A stretch of DNA of 63,661 nt from an uncultured Oscillospiraceae bacterium (lineage in GTDB: Bacteria; Bacillota; Clostridia; Oscillospirales; Oscillospiraceae). Where the stretch lies: the NCBI GenBank assembly GCA_947626385.1, contig CANQSD010000001.1, positions 1-63,661 on the forward strand, in the 5' to 3' direction. Both the position numbers and the translations under genes were made by a program. Every line of letters begins with the position of its first letter. The stretch's first letter is position 1. Of this stretch, positions 35,079-44,258 are shown piece by piece. The notes under the pieces are model-generated. The model saw only the letters and a program-made list of their open reading frames with translations, did not search any database and had not been told where the DNA came from.

Positions 35079-35107
35079 ATTTTACCAAATCCCCGCCGGG
35101 GATTCAA
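35079..35107 (-). promoter_or_regulatory. Putative udp promoter
   Basis: On the minus strand: TTGAAT, 17-nt spacer, TAAAAT, about 50 nt upstream of ATG 35027. Confidence 0.45.
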
Positions 35108-35169
35108 CCCTTGTTCTTTGCGAAACAGTAAAAATGAGAGAAGGTGAACAGGAATCTATATGAGGGCAG

Positions 35170-35277
35170 AAAAAAGACCCGAAACTGGTTCCAAGTCTGC
35201 GGCAACCTAAATGTGCCGTTAGAGGGAACCCGATTCGGGCCTATAAGAAGAATAGCATATAAAGGCGGGGATGTCAA
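35170..35277 (-). ncRNA. Candidate small RNA or orphan promoter-terminator unit
   Basis: On the minus strand: TTGACA (35277-35272), 17-nt spacer, TATTCT (35254-35249). A 66-nt imperfect hairpin follows (35241-35176; 17-position stem with 2 mismatches plus inner stem CGGCA/TGCCG), then TTTTTT (35175-35170). Confidence 0.3.
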
Positions 35278-35375
35278 GGCACAGTTTAGGCAGCTGTGTC
35301 AGCGGGAGGGGGGAAATAACACTGTATCACAGTTCGCACCAAACCAGCCCAGCCGCAGACGAAGCCGGTAGTGGC

Positions 35376-35422
35376 ACAAATAACAAGAGACCCCTTGGCC
35401 ATAGCGGCTTTGGGGTCTCTTT
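35376..35422 (-). terminator. ssrA terminator
   Basis: AAGAGACCCC/GGGGTCTCTT stem immediately after the tmRNA CCA end, followed on the minus strand by TTGTTATTTGT. Confidence 0.55.
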
Positions 35423-35423
35423 T

Positions 35424-35781
35424 GGTGGAGGCGAGGGGAGTTGAACCCCTGTCCGAAAACACATCCGCTCAAACTTCTCCGGGCGCAGACGGTTCTTTTG
35501 GCAAGAAAGCCGGTTCCCTCGCCCCGGGGACAGCCGTCAGGCCCCGGGGTCCGGTAGCTTCATGGTGCATGGCGCGGGCAAAGCTTACCGCGCGCACGTT
35601 CTCCACTCGTCGACGCCCCATCCCCGGCCGTGGACCTCCGGGGTGGGACGGTCACTGCTTACGCAGCGACAGGAACAAACTCGTCGTTGTTCTTTGATTT
35701 ATAATTGCCCGTTTTATGGATGTCAGGCGCATCCGCCCGCTATTCAAGTTTCCGCGTCCCCGTCGAAACCGGTACGCCCCC
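35424..35781 (-). ncRNA. ssrA: tmRNA (transfer-messenger RNA)
   Basis: On the minus strand, the 5' end is GGGGGCGTACCGGTTTCGACGGGGA and the 3' end is GGGGTTCAACTCCCCTCGCCTCCACCA. The acceptor stem has a G3-U pair. The internal tag frame reads ...NYKSKNNDEFVPVAA then TAA (stop at 35661-35659). Confidence 0.9.
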
Positions 35782-35957
35782 GCGTCGTCGCGGAAGTCGC
35801 GTTGGTTCGGGGCACGGCAGTCGCCAAGGGCGGCTGCCGCACCCCTCACACGCTGACTTCGCTCCTCCTTTCCAAATCGGACCCGCTGCGCTGGGCTCCG
35901 ATTTGGTTGGAAAGAGGGGTTTCACGGCGGCAAAGCCGCCGCAAAAAATTTTGAATT

Positions 35958-36713
35958 TTATGTTTTTGCCAGCTTGACTACCAGGGTGCTGGGGAGGAGC
36001 TTGGCAAGGCCGCGGTAGAGCTTGAAGAAGGCGCGGGGGGTGTGGAAGGCCTGGTCCTTCTTGGCGGCCCTGTAGCTGCCGGCGGCGACCTTTTTGGGGT
36101 CGCAGTAGGGGAGTGTTTTGAACATTTTGGAGTTGCCGCGGATCTCGCCCACGTCCAGAAACTCCGTGTCCATGGGGCCGGAGCAGATGGCGGTGACGGA
36201 GATTTTCCGTTCCCGCAGCTCCTCCCTCAGGCCCAGTGAGAAGCTGGACACATACGCCTTGGTGGAGCTGTACACCGTCATCCGGGCGTTGGGGCAGAAG
36301 CTGGCGATGGAGCTGACGTTGACGATGTGCCCGCCCTCACCCATGTAGGGCAGGGCCACGCGGGTGACCAGCGTCATGGCCTTCATGTTGAGGTCGCACA
36401 TCCGGGAAAGAAGCGCGGGGTCCGTCTCGGCCACGTTGGCCAGATACCCGCACCCGGCGCAGTTGACCAGCACCCGAACGTCGGGCTGTTCGTCCTCCAG
36501 CTTCCGGGAGAGAAGGGCGATGTCGGCCTCGTTTGTGAGATCCAGCGGCACGGACACGGTGGGGAGGGAGAGCTCCACGCCCAGCTCGTCGAGAAGCGCC
36601 TTCCGGCGCGCCACGAGCCAGACCGCCTCCACCTCCGGAAAATTTGCCGCAAGCTGGAGGGCGTACTCCCGGCCGAGGCCGGAGGACGCGCCGGTGATGA
36701 TGGCAATTTTCAT
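35958..36713 (-). CDS. Short-chain dehydrogenase/reductase (SDR) family oxidoreductase
   Basis: TGASSGLG cofactor motif, NVSS and YSSTK catalytic context. 251 aa. Confidence 0.85.
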   Translation of the reverse strand: MKIAIITGASSGLGREYALQLAANFPEVEAVWLVARRKALLDELGVELSLPTVSVPLDLTNEADIALLSRKLEDEQPDVRVLVNCAGCGYLANVAETDPALLSRMCDLNMKAMTLVTRVALPYMGEGGHIVNVSSIASFCPNARMTVYSSTKAYVSSFSLGLREELRERKISVTAICSGPMDTEFLDVGEIRGNSKMFKTLPYCDPKKVAAGSYRAAKKDQAFHTPRAFFKLYRGLAKLLPSTLVVKLAKT

Positions 36714-36716
36714 CCC

Positions 36717-37235
36717 TTACACCTTGGCGGGCTCGCCATAGTCTACGCCGAAGGTCTCCACCGTCACGGATTTCATGACCTGGGGCTTGCGGGGCTTGTC
36801 GTTGTAGTCCACCCGGACATTGGCGATCTCATCCACCACGTCCATGCCCTCGGTGACCTTGCCGAAGGCGGCGTACTGGCCGTCCAGATGGGGAGAGTCG
36901 GCGTGGACGATGAAGAACTGGCTCCCGGCGGAGTCGGGCACGGGGGTGCGGGCCATGGAGAGGACGCCGCGCTCGTGCTTCAGGGGGTTCGCGACGCCGT
37001 TGGCGGAAAACTCGCCCTTGATGCAGTAGCCGGGGCCGCCGGTGCCGTTGCCCTTGGGACAGCCGCCCTGGATCATGAAGTCCTTGATGACCCGGTGGAA
37101 GATGAGGCCGTTGTAGAAGCCCTTGTTTGCCAGGGAGATGAAGTTCGCGACCGAGATGGGCGCGATGTCGGGGAAGAGCTCGGCCTTGATGACCTTGCCG
37201 TCCTCCATTTCGATGGTTGCGATGGGATTAGCCAT
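36717..37235 (-). CDS. ppiB: Cyclophilin-type peptidyl-prolyl cis-trans isomerase
   Basis: [40 protein letters not shown]. Confidence 0.9.
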   Translation of the reverse strand: MANPIATIEMEDGKVIKAELFPDIAPISVANFISLANKGFYNGLIFHRVIKDFMIQGGCPKGNGTGGPGYCIKGEFSANGVANPLKHERGVLSMARTPVPDSAGSQFFIVHADSPHLDGQYAAFGKVTEGMDVVDEIANVRVDYNDKPRKPQVMKSVTVETFGVDYGEPAKV

Positions 37236-37249
37236 GGTAGTTTCTCCTT

Positions 37250-37717
37250 TTATCTGAATTTTTCTTTCATGGTGCGGTCGATCTCCCGGTCCGCGTCCCG
37301 CTGGGCGGCGGCGTCCCGTTTGTCGTAGAGCTTTTTGCCCCGGGCAAGCCCCAGCTCCACCTTCACCCGCGCGTCCTTGAGATAGAGCGACAGGGGAATG
37401 AGCGCCAGCCCGTCCTGCTGGAGACGCGCCTGGAGCTTCGCGATCTCCCGCTTGTGCATCAAAAGCCTCTTGGGGCGCATAGGGTCCCGGTTGAAGATGT
37501 TGCCCTTCTCGTAAGGGGAGATGTGCATCCCGTGGGCGAAGAGCTCCCCGCCCTTGACGGTGCAGAAGGAGTCCTTCAGGTTCACGTTCCCCGCCCGGAT
37601 GGACTTGACCTCCGTGCCGAAAAGCTCGATGCCGGCCTCGTACTTCTCTTCGATGAAGTAGTCGTGGTAGGCCTTCTTGTTCTGGGACACGGGCTTGACG
37701 CCCGTCTTCTTCGGCAC
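37250..37717 (-). CDS. smpB: SsrA-binding protein
   Basis: [29 protein letters not shown]...LLMHKREI. 155 aa. Confidence 0.95.
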   Translation of the reverse strand: MPKKTGVKPVSQNKKAYHDYFIEEKYEAGIELFGTEVKSIRAGNVNLKDSFCTVKGGELFAHGMHISPYEKGNIFNRDPMRPKRLLMHKREIAKLQARLQQDGLALIPLSLYLKDARVKVELGLARGKKLYDKRDAAAQRDADREIDRTMKEKFR

Positions 37718-37802
37718 GCGGATCCCCCCTCTCGTGACGCGGTAAGGGGATTATACCATAAAGAAATGAAAAATAAAAGGGGAAAACGGGAAATTTTTCT
37801 GC

Positions 37803-38300
37803 TCAGCTCCGGTCAACAAGGTCCTCAAAATAACCGCGCAGGGTATCCAGCGCGTCGCCGTCGATGAGGAGCTTCCCGTGCTCTCTCAGATGCAGCAAAA
37901 AGGCGCCGGGGTTTTCCAGCGGCTCGGCGAATTCCCTGAGCGCCCCGGCGGGCCGCCCGTCCGCCGGCCACACCGCCAGTATGTACGCGCCGCCGTACCA
38001 GAAGAGCGACGAGGCGATGCCCCCCAGCCCGCTCCCCGCGGCCTCGATGAGCGCCTCCACGTCCGGGAACGAGAAAAATTCCGGCTCCCCGGAGGCGCGG
38101 CTGACGAAAATCAGCACCTCGTGCCGCCCCGGATAGAGCTCCAGATTCACCGCCCCCAGCCCGTCGTTCCCGATGAGCGGCGCCACCAGGGTCCTTGCGT
38201 CCCTGGCCGTCATCGTCCCCGCCGCCAAATGCCGGCTCAAAAGCTCCGCCTCCTGTATGTATACGCTAAAGGCCCGACTGCCAATTGCCTGAATGTCCAT
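37803..38300 (-). CDS. Short MecA-like adaptor protein (putative)
   Basis: The pattern ...FFSFPDVEALIEAA......SSLFWYGGAYILAVW......LREFAEP.....FLLHLREHGKLLIDGDALDTLRGYF resembles the MecA C-terminal domain. ATG 38300 is preceded by GGGAGGGG; the upstream part of the track ORF is AT-rich leader. Confidence 0.5.
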   Translation of the reverse strand: MDIQAIGSRAFSVYIQEAELLSRHLAAGTMTARDARTLVAPLIGNDGLGAVNLELYPGRHEVLIFVSRASGEPEFFSFPDVEALIEAAGSGLGGIASSLFWYGGAYILAVWPADGRPAGALREFAEPLENPGAFLLHLREHGKLLIDGDALDTLRGYFEDLVDRS

Positions 38301-38460
38301 AAGATCCCCTCCCGATACTTCCCTATAGACAGGGTACATACAGTATACGCCCAACGGGAAAGGATTGAAATGCAAAATTTCTGGCAGACTTGGGAACAAT
38401 TTAAGCTGAAACTGTTCAATGCCGGCATCATTGCTGACAGGTGATATAGTAATTCCGCAG

Positions 38461-39306
38461 TCACAGTGTCGTTTGATAGCACATATACGCCCCCACGCAC
38501 CGGAAGCCCAAAGCCAGGGCGTCTGATTGACTCTCGCTGTCATTGAAAAATACCATGGCCCCGGCCCCGTCGGCCTTGGCCCCGTTCAGCGCCGCCGTTG
38601 TCAGCGCCCGGTACGCGCTGACATCATAGCCGCCGGGGAAGAAAATGCCGAATATCTCACCCATCTCACTGTCCTTCCGGGCCTGGAGGGCACCCGCCGG
38701 CACACCGTGGGGCTCATACAGCAGCAGCCGCCATTGATCCATGTTAGCCAGCAACCGGTCCGAGTTCCAGTACATTTCCTCGTACTGGGCGTGGAGAGTA
38801 CGGAACAAGTCAAAATTCTCCCGTGTCACCGGCACCACATCCGGGTCCGGCCGCCGAGGCTCGTAACGGCCCAGGTCAAACACATCGTTGAAGTCCCGCT
38901 CAATGCAGGTAAATCCCCCAGCCTCCAGCGCCTTTATCGCCTGGGTATTCTCTCCGGGGAAGCCCAGATAGAGCTCGTATCCACGGAAACGCTCACGGGC
39001 AAAGTCGGAAAATTCCCCGATGGCGTCGCCCATCCCCGACTCGATACAGAAGGAGCAGGTGTCCAGATATTTGTCCTCGGGCAGAAAATAATAGTGTATC
39101 CACCCGGCGACTATGCCCTCCCGCTCATACAGCAGAATGTCCTCGTTCTCCCGCTCGAAGGCTCGCAGAGACCGCTCCACAAAATCCGCCCTGGTCTTGA
39201 TCCCGTCCGTGTAGGTGGGATAGCCGGATCTGGCCGGGTCCAAAGCGAGAGCGTATACAAAATCTATGTACCTGTCAAATTCTTCTCTTTTAAGCGGTTT
39301 CAGCAT
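38461..39306 (-). CDS. GNAT-family N-acetyltransferase-like protein (two-domain)
   Basis: Acetyltransferase-like core (IVAGWIHYYF...GMGDAIGEF...NTQAIKALEAGGFTCI). RBS GGAGGAAAAA precedes ATG 39306. Confidence 0.5.
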   Translation of the reverse strand: MLKPLKREEFDRYIDFVYALALDPARSGYPTYTDGIKTRADFVERSLRAFERENEDILLYEREGIVAGWIHYYFLPEDKYLDTCSFCIESGMGDAIGEFSDFARERFRGYELYLGFPGENTQAIKALEAGGFTCIERDFNDVFDLGRYEPRRPDPDVVPVTRENFDLFRTLHAQYEEMYWNSDRLLANMDQWRLLLYEPHGVPAGALQARKDSEMGEIFGIFFPGGYDVSAYRALTTAALNGAKADGAGAMVFFNDSESQSDALALGFRCVGAYMCYQTTL

Positions 39307-39597
39307 CGTTTTTCCTCCTGCCGCGCGCTTTCGGCGTGATAAATCAAAAATAGTCAAGCGGTCGCCCACGTGATGTCTGTCAGTATACCATTTAAATATG
39401 GAGAAATCAACCGCGCATCAAGGAAGTTCATCATGATCTCGCTTTTGAGCCAACCATGCTGATACCCGTGTCAGGCGGCCCCATTCGTCAAAACTGAAAA
39501 AATTGTTAAATCTGAAAGTTGCACTTCCAATTTTGGCGAATATATATTATACTGTCTATAAGTGTACCGCAAAATATTGTGGGGAGGACTTTTGAAT

Positions 39598-40317
39598 ATG
39601 GATCAGCAGACACCGAAATATAAACGGGTGCTTTTGAAGCTCTCCGGCGAGGCGCTGGCGGGGGAGCGGGGATTCGGACTGGACTTCGGCGTCATCGAGA
39701 ACGTCTGCAAGGTGGTGAAGGAGTGCGCCGACATGGGCGTGGAGATCGGCATCGTCATCGGCGGCGGCAACTTCTGGCGCGGCGTCAAGGACGGCGGGGG
39801 CCTCATGGAGCGCACCCGGGCCGACCACATGGGCATGATGGCTACGGTCATGAACTGCCTGGCCGTGGCGGACGTCCTGGAGCACCTGGGCGCCGAGGTG
39901 CGGGTCCAGACCGCCGTGCAGATGAGCTCCATCGCCGAGCCCTACATCCGCCTGAAGGCGGACAAGCACCTCAAGAAGGGGCGCATCGTCATCTTCGGCT
40001 GCGGCACCGGCAGCCCCTATTTCAGCACCGACACCGCCGCCGTCCTGCGGGCCGCGGAGATCAACGCCGACGTCATTCTTCTTGCCAAGAACGTGGACGG
40101 CGTCTATTCCGCCGACCCCAAGCTCGACCCGGACGCCGTGAAATTCGACCACATCTCCTATGACGACGTGCTGGCCAAGCACCTGGCCGTCATGGACTCC
40201 ACCGCCACCAGCCTTTCCATGGACAACAATATCCCCGTGCTGCTCTTCGCCCTCAAGGACCCGGAGAACATCAAAAGGGCCATTCTGGGGGAGAAGATCG
40301 GCACTGTGGTGAAGTAA
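39598..40317 (+). CDS. pyrH: UMP kinase
   Basis: [35 protein letters not shown]. Confidence 0.95.
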   Translation: MDQQTPKYKRVLLKLSGEALAGERGFGLDFGVIENVCKVVKECADMGVEIGIVIGGGNFWRGVKDGGGLMERTRADHMGMMATVMNCLAVADVLEHLGAEVRVQTAVQMSSIAEPYIRLKADKHLKKGRIVIFGCGTGSPYFSTDTAAVLRAAEINADVILLAKNVDGVYSADPKLDPDAVKFDHISYDDVLAKHLAVMDSTATSLSMDNNIPVLLFALKDPENIKRAILGEKIGTVVK

Positions 40318-40338
40318 TCGAGAAGGAGGGACGCCGAA

Positions 40339-40551
40339 ATGAACGTATTTTATCTCATCCTCGACATAATCGTCATCGTGGGCGGCGTCTTTATGGCGCT
40401 GAACCCCAAAAAGATCTATTATCTACAGCAGTCCTTTCGCACAGATGATCCGGGGGAACCCCGGGAATCTTACCTGAAAAGCACTCGTTTCATGGGCTGG
40501 TTCCTTGCCCTGCTGGGCCTTGTCTGTGTCATCCTGTATTTTTACGTATGA
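40339..40551 (+). CDS. Small (70 aa) two-TM membrane protein, function unknown
   Basis: RBS GAAGGAGG, two hydrophobic helices flanking a charged loop. Visibly lower GC than pyrH and frr. Confidence 0.5.
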   Translation: MNVFYLILDIIVIVGGVFMALNPKKIYYLQQSFRTDDPGEPRESYLKSTRFMGWFLALLGLVCVILYFYV

Positions 40552-40611
40552 GCCCAGGCGCTTTCCAAAAGCCGTGAATACTTTTTTATCACAATAAAAG
40601 GAGGATAAACC

Positions 40612-41175
40612 ATGTACACCGACGACGCAGCCTTTAAAGAGTATCTCGACAAGATGAACAAGACCATCGAGGCGCTGGAGAGCCAGTTTGCCACCGTCCG
40701 GGCCGGACGGGCCAACCCCGCCGTTTTAAACCACCTGCGGGTGGACTACTACGGTGTGGCGACCCCCATCAACCAGGTGGGCACCATCTCCTCGCCCGAC
40801 CCCCGGACGCTTTTGATTCAGCCCTGGGATAAGAGCCTTTTAAAGCCCATCGAGAAGGCCATTCTCGCCTCCGACGTGGGCATCAACCCCCAGAACGACG
40901 GCTCCGTCATTCGCCTTGCCTTCCCGCAGCTGACGGAGGAGCGCCGCGCCGACCTCATCAAGCAGGTCCGCAAGTACGCCGAGACCGCCAAGACGGCGGT
41001 GCGCAACGTGCGCCGGGACGCCAACGAGAAATTCAAGAAGATGCAGAAGGCCAGCGATGTCACTGAGGACGACCTGAAGCTCATGGAGCGCGACCTCCAG
41101 ACCATGACCGACGACTACATCAAGAAGGTGGACGACGTCACCGCCAAGAAGGAAAAGGAACTGACCCAGATCTGA
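40612..41175 (+). CDS. frr: Ribosome recycling factor
   Basis: FATVRAGRANPA.L..L.VDYYG, LTEERR.DL.K. Confidence 0.95.
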   Translation: MYTDDAAFKEYLDKMNKTIEALESQFATVRAGRANPAVLNHLRVDYYGVATPINQVGTISSPDPRTLLIQPWDKSLLKPIEKAILASDVGINPQNDGSVIRLAFPQLTEERRADLIKQVRKYAETAKTAVRNVRRDANEKFKKMQKASDVTEDDLKLMERDLQTMTDDYIKKVDDVTAKKEKELTQI

Positions 41176-41909
41176 TGGCTAAAGCGACCGAACAACAAAA
41201 GACGGCGGGGCAGGGAACGGTCCTGCCCCGTCATATTGCCATCATCATGGACGGCAACGGCCGCTGGGCCCAAAAGCGCGGCCTGCCCCGTACCGCCGGC
41301 CACGCCGCCGGGGCCGAGACCTTCCGGCGCATCGCCCGGTACTGCCGGGACCTGGGGGTGGAGTACCTCACCGTCTACGCCTTCTCCACGGAGAACTGGA
41401 AGCGTTCCGCCCAGGAGGTCTCCGCCATTATGGGCCTTCTCAAGAAGTACCTGGAGGAAGCCATTGAAAAGATGCGCCGGGAGAACGTGCGCATCCGCGT
41501 TTTAGGGGACACCTCCGTCCTGTCGCCGGAGCTCCAAGCCCTCATTGGCCGGGTAGAGGCCATCGACGAGACGCTGGAGACGCACACTCAGGCCAATCTC
41601 TGCGTCAACTACGGCGGCCGGGACGAGATCGTCCGGGCCGTGCGGGCCTGGGAATCAGACCCCGCCCACGGGGAGCTTACCGAGGCGGAGCTCTCCCGCT
41701 ACCTCTACACCGCCGGGATGCCGGACCCGGACCTGGTCATCCGCCCCAGCGGGGAACAGCGCATCTCCAACTTTCTCCTCTGGCAGTCGGCCTACGCGGA
41801 GTTCTACTTCACCGACACCCTCTGGCCGGACTTCACCGAAAAGGACATGGACGCCGCGATATTGGCCTACCAAAACCGTGACCGCCGCTACGGCGGGGTG
41901 AAAAAATAG
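41175..41909 (+). CDS. uppS: Undecaprenyl-diphosphate synthase (isoprenyl transferase)
   Basis: HIAIIMDGNGRWA, LTVYAFSTENWKR, RPSGEQRISNFLLWQ. Confidence 0.95.
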   Translation: MAKATEQQKTAGQGTVLPRHIAIIMDGNGRWAQKRGLPRTAGHAAGAETFRRIARYCRDLGVEYLTVYAFSTENWKRSAQEVSAIMGLLKKYLEEAIEKMRRENVRIRVLGDTSVLSPELQALIGRVEAIDETLETHTQANLCVNYGGRDEIVRAVRAWESDPAHGELTEAELSRYLYTAGMPDPDLVIRPSGEQRISNFLLWQSAYAEFYFTDTLWPDFTEKDMDAAILAYQNRDRRYGGVKK

Positions 41910-41918
41910 GAAAAAGAT

Positions 41919-42965
41919 ATGATCAAACCTTCACACCTGAAAAAGGGCGACACCTGCGCCATTGTCAGCCTCTCCGCCGGGACCCTGGGGGAGCCTTGGG
42001 CCATCCACAAGCTCGCTATCGCCAGGGAGCGCCTGGAGCGGGACTTTGGCCTGCACGTCAAGGTCATGCCCAACGCTTTAAAGGGCCGGCAGTACCTTTA
42101 CGAACACCCGGAGGCCCGCGCCGCGGACCTCATGGACGCCTTTCGGGACAAAAGCGTCAAGGCCGTCTTCAACGCCATCGGCGGGGACGACACCATAAGA
42201 CTGCTTCCGTATATCGACTTTGACGTCCTCCGGGAAAACCCCAAGATCTTCACGGGCTTTTCCGACACCACCACCAACCATTTCATGATGTTCAAGGCCG
42301 GCCTCGTCTCCTACTATGGGGCCAGCATCATGACCAACTTCTCCGAGTATGTCAAAATCAACGACTACACGGACACCATGATACGCAGGACCCTTTTTGA
42401 CCCGCCGGCGACACTGGATATCCCATCCTCGCCCTACTGGTACGACGACGAGGACCCGAAGATCTGGTGGAGCGAGGAGAACATGAATACCCAGAAGCCC
42501 TACCACCCGGAGGAGATCGGCTATGAGATCCTCCAGGGGACAGGCGTCGTGGAGGGGGAGCTTTTAGGCGGGTGTATCGACGTTTTCGTGGAGCTTTTGG
42601 GGACGTCCCTCTGGCCCACAAGGGAACAGTGGGCGGGAAAGCTCATGTTTTTGGAGACCAGCGAGGATGACCCACCCTGTGAGCTTCTGACCTGGTATCT
42701 GCGCAACTTCGCGGCCCAGGGGCTCTTCGACGTCATCCGTGGCATTATAGTTGGCAAGCCCGCCCGGAGGAGCAAATACGAGCCCTACAAAGAAGTTTAC
42801 CGCAAGGTGGTGGGCTTTGAGGCAGGGCACCCGGAGCTGCCCATCCTCTACAACGTGAACATCGGCCACGCCGAGCCCATCGGCGTCCTCCCCATCGGCG
42901 TCCCCGCCCGCCTGGACGCGGACAAAAAGACCCTGACGCTCTTAGAGCCCGCCACGGCAACCTAA
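41919..42965 (+). CDS. S66 family LD-carboxypeptidase (LdcA/MccF-like)
   Basis: Nucleophile context FTGFSDTT and His context NVNIGHAEP. 348 aa. Confidence 0.8.
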   Translation: MIKPSHLKKGDTCAIVSLSAGTLGEPWAIHKLAIARERLERDFGLHVKVMPNALKGRQYLYEHPEARAADLMDAFRDKSVKAVFNAIGGDDTIRLLPYIDFDVLRENPKIFTGFSDTTTNHFMMFKAGLVSYYGASIMTNFSEYVKINDYTDTMIRRTLFDPPATLDIPSSPYWYDDEDPKIWWSEENMNTQKPYHPEEIGYEILQGTGVVEGELLGGCIDVFVELLGTSLWPTREQWAGKLMFLETSEDDPPCELLTWYLRNFAAQGLFDVIRGIIVGKPARRSKYEPYKEVYRKVVGFEAGHPELPILYNVNIGHAEPIGVLPIGVPARLDADKKTLTLLEPATAT

Positions 42966-42985
42966 TCGAGACAGAAAAGAAGGTT

Positions 42986-43816
42986 TTGACTATGCTTTTG
43001 ACAAGAACCGTCATGGCGGCGGTGATGATCGCGCTGCTGTTGGCGCTGACATTGTGGCTGGAGCCTGTCTTTATGGCCGTGGTCATCGCCGTGCTGGCGG
43101 CCATCGCCGTCTGGGAGCTGATGCACACCGTGGGCGGCGTGGAGGAGTGGCGGCTTATCGTCTATCCCGCCGTCACCGCCGCCGCGATCCCGCTGGGGTA
43201 TTACTTTGGGTACGGCGCGACGGTCCTGCGGACGTGCCTTGTGATCCTCATGGTGGCGCTCTTTGCGGAAGCCATCTTCACCTACGGCACGGAAAAGCCC
43301 GTGCGCTTTGCCGCCGTGATGGCGGGGCTCTTCATCGGGATCCTGGTGCCCTTCTGCCTGACGGCGCTTTTGCAGCTGCGCATGATGGACAACGGCGGGC
43401 TTCTCGTCATCATGGCCTTCGTTATCACCGCCGTGTCCGACACCGGCGGGTATTTCGGCGGGATGTTCTTCGGCAAGCATAAGGGCGTTTTGAAGTGCAG
43501 CCCCCATAAATCCCTGGAGGGCTTCATCGGCAGCTTCCTCGGCGGAATTTTGGGCATCATGATCTTTGGACTCATAGTGGACAAGGCCGCGGGCATAGAG
43601 GTGAACTACCTCTATCTGCTCCTGTACGCCGTTCTCGGCAACGTCACCTGCCAGATCGGCGACCTGGCCTTCTCCGTCATCAAGCGGGAGCACCAGATCA
43701 AGGACTACGGCAACCTCATCCCCGGCCACGGCGGCGTCCTGGACCGCTTCGACTCCATCATCTTCACCGCCCCGCTGGTCTACCTCCTGATGACCCGCGT
43801 CCCGGCGCTGATTTGA
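42986..43816 (+). CDS. cdsA: Phosphatidate cytidylyltransferase
   Basis: SPHKSLEG, KREHQIKDYGNLIPGHGGVLDRFDS. Confidence 0.9.
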   Translation: MTMLLTRTVMAAVMIALLLALTLWLEPVFMAVVIAVLAAIAVWELMHTVGGVEEWRLIVYPAVTAAAIPLGYYFGYGATVLRTCLVILMVALFAEAIFTYGTEKPVRFAAVMAGLFIGILVPFCLTALLQLRMMDNGGLLVIMAFVITAVSDTGGYFGGMFFGKHKGVLKCSPHKSLEGFIGSFLGGILGIMIFGLIVDKAAGIEVNYLYLLLYAVLGNVTCQIGDLAFSVIKREHQIKDYGNLIPGHGGVLDRFDSIIFTAPLVYLLMTRVPALI

Positions 43817-43825
43817 GGCGGCCCC

Positions 43826-44239
43826 GTGAAAAACGTCTGGATCGAGATGGTCTACAACCGGGTCCCCCGAGACTGGTGGACGGCTCTCATCGGCCGGTTC
43901 GTCTCCCCCGGCGACGCGCTGGAGATCCGCTGCTGGCGGGAGGAGGAGCGGGAGACCGCCGCGGCCTCCCGGTACGGCACGCCCACGGAGGAGGGGAACG
44001 AGATCTCCGTCCACGGCACCGTCACGGCGGATCTTATTGACGAGCTTCTGGCCGACGCGCCGGAGGACAGGGAAATTTATAATAAGATGACAAAATATTT
44101 CACCATAATCGTTGAGGGCGCTGGCCGGCACCTCGGAAGCTACCACTACGGCACCCAGATGGACCTGACATGCTCCGATGAGGACCTGGCCTTCGTGCTG
44201 GACACCCTGCGGCCCTACGGGGACAGCTTTGTTGTGTAA
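43826..44239 (+). CDS. Hypothetical acidic cytoplasmic protein (137 aa), no family recognised
   Basis: GTG start 10 nt after the cdsA stop with a GAGG just upstream. GC and codon style match the neighbours. It ends 19 nt before dxr. Confidence 0.45.
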   Translation: MKNVWIEMVYNRVPRDWWTALIGRFVSPGDALEIRCWREEERETAAASRYGTPTEEGNEISVHGTVTADLIDELLADAPEDREIYNKMTKYFTIIVEGAGRHLGSYHYGTQMDLTCSDEDLAFVLDTLRPYGDSFVV

Positions 44240-44258
44240 ATTTACGGGGGAGAGGACA

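Noticed and set aside
33400-35423. Genomic island integrated at the ssrA 3' end, which would cover udp plus the low-GC HExxH gene.
   Set aside because: I found no direct repeat of the tmRNA 3' terminus (GGGGTTCAACTCCCC...) in the same orientation downstream and no integrase. udp has host-like GC. Only the 33.4-34.3 kb islet is compositionally foreign.
35371-35977. ORFs of 61-130 aa overlapping the tmRNA gene and its upstream spacer.
   Set aside because: The region is explained by ssrA, which has canonical 5' and 3' ends and a tag frame, and by GC hairpins. The ORFs have no start-site context.
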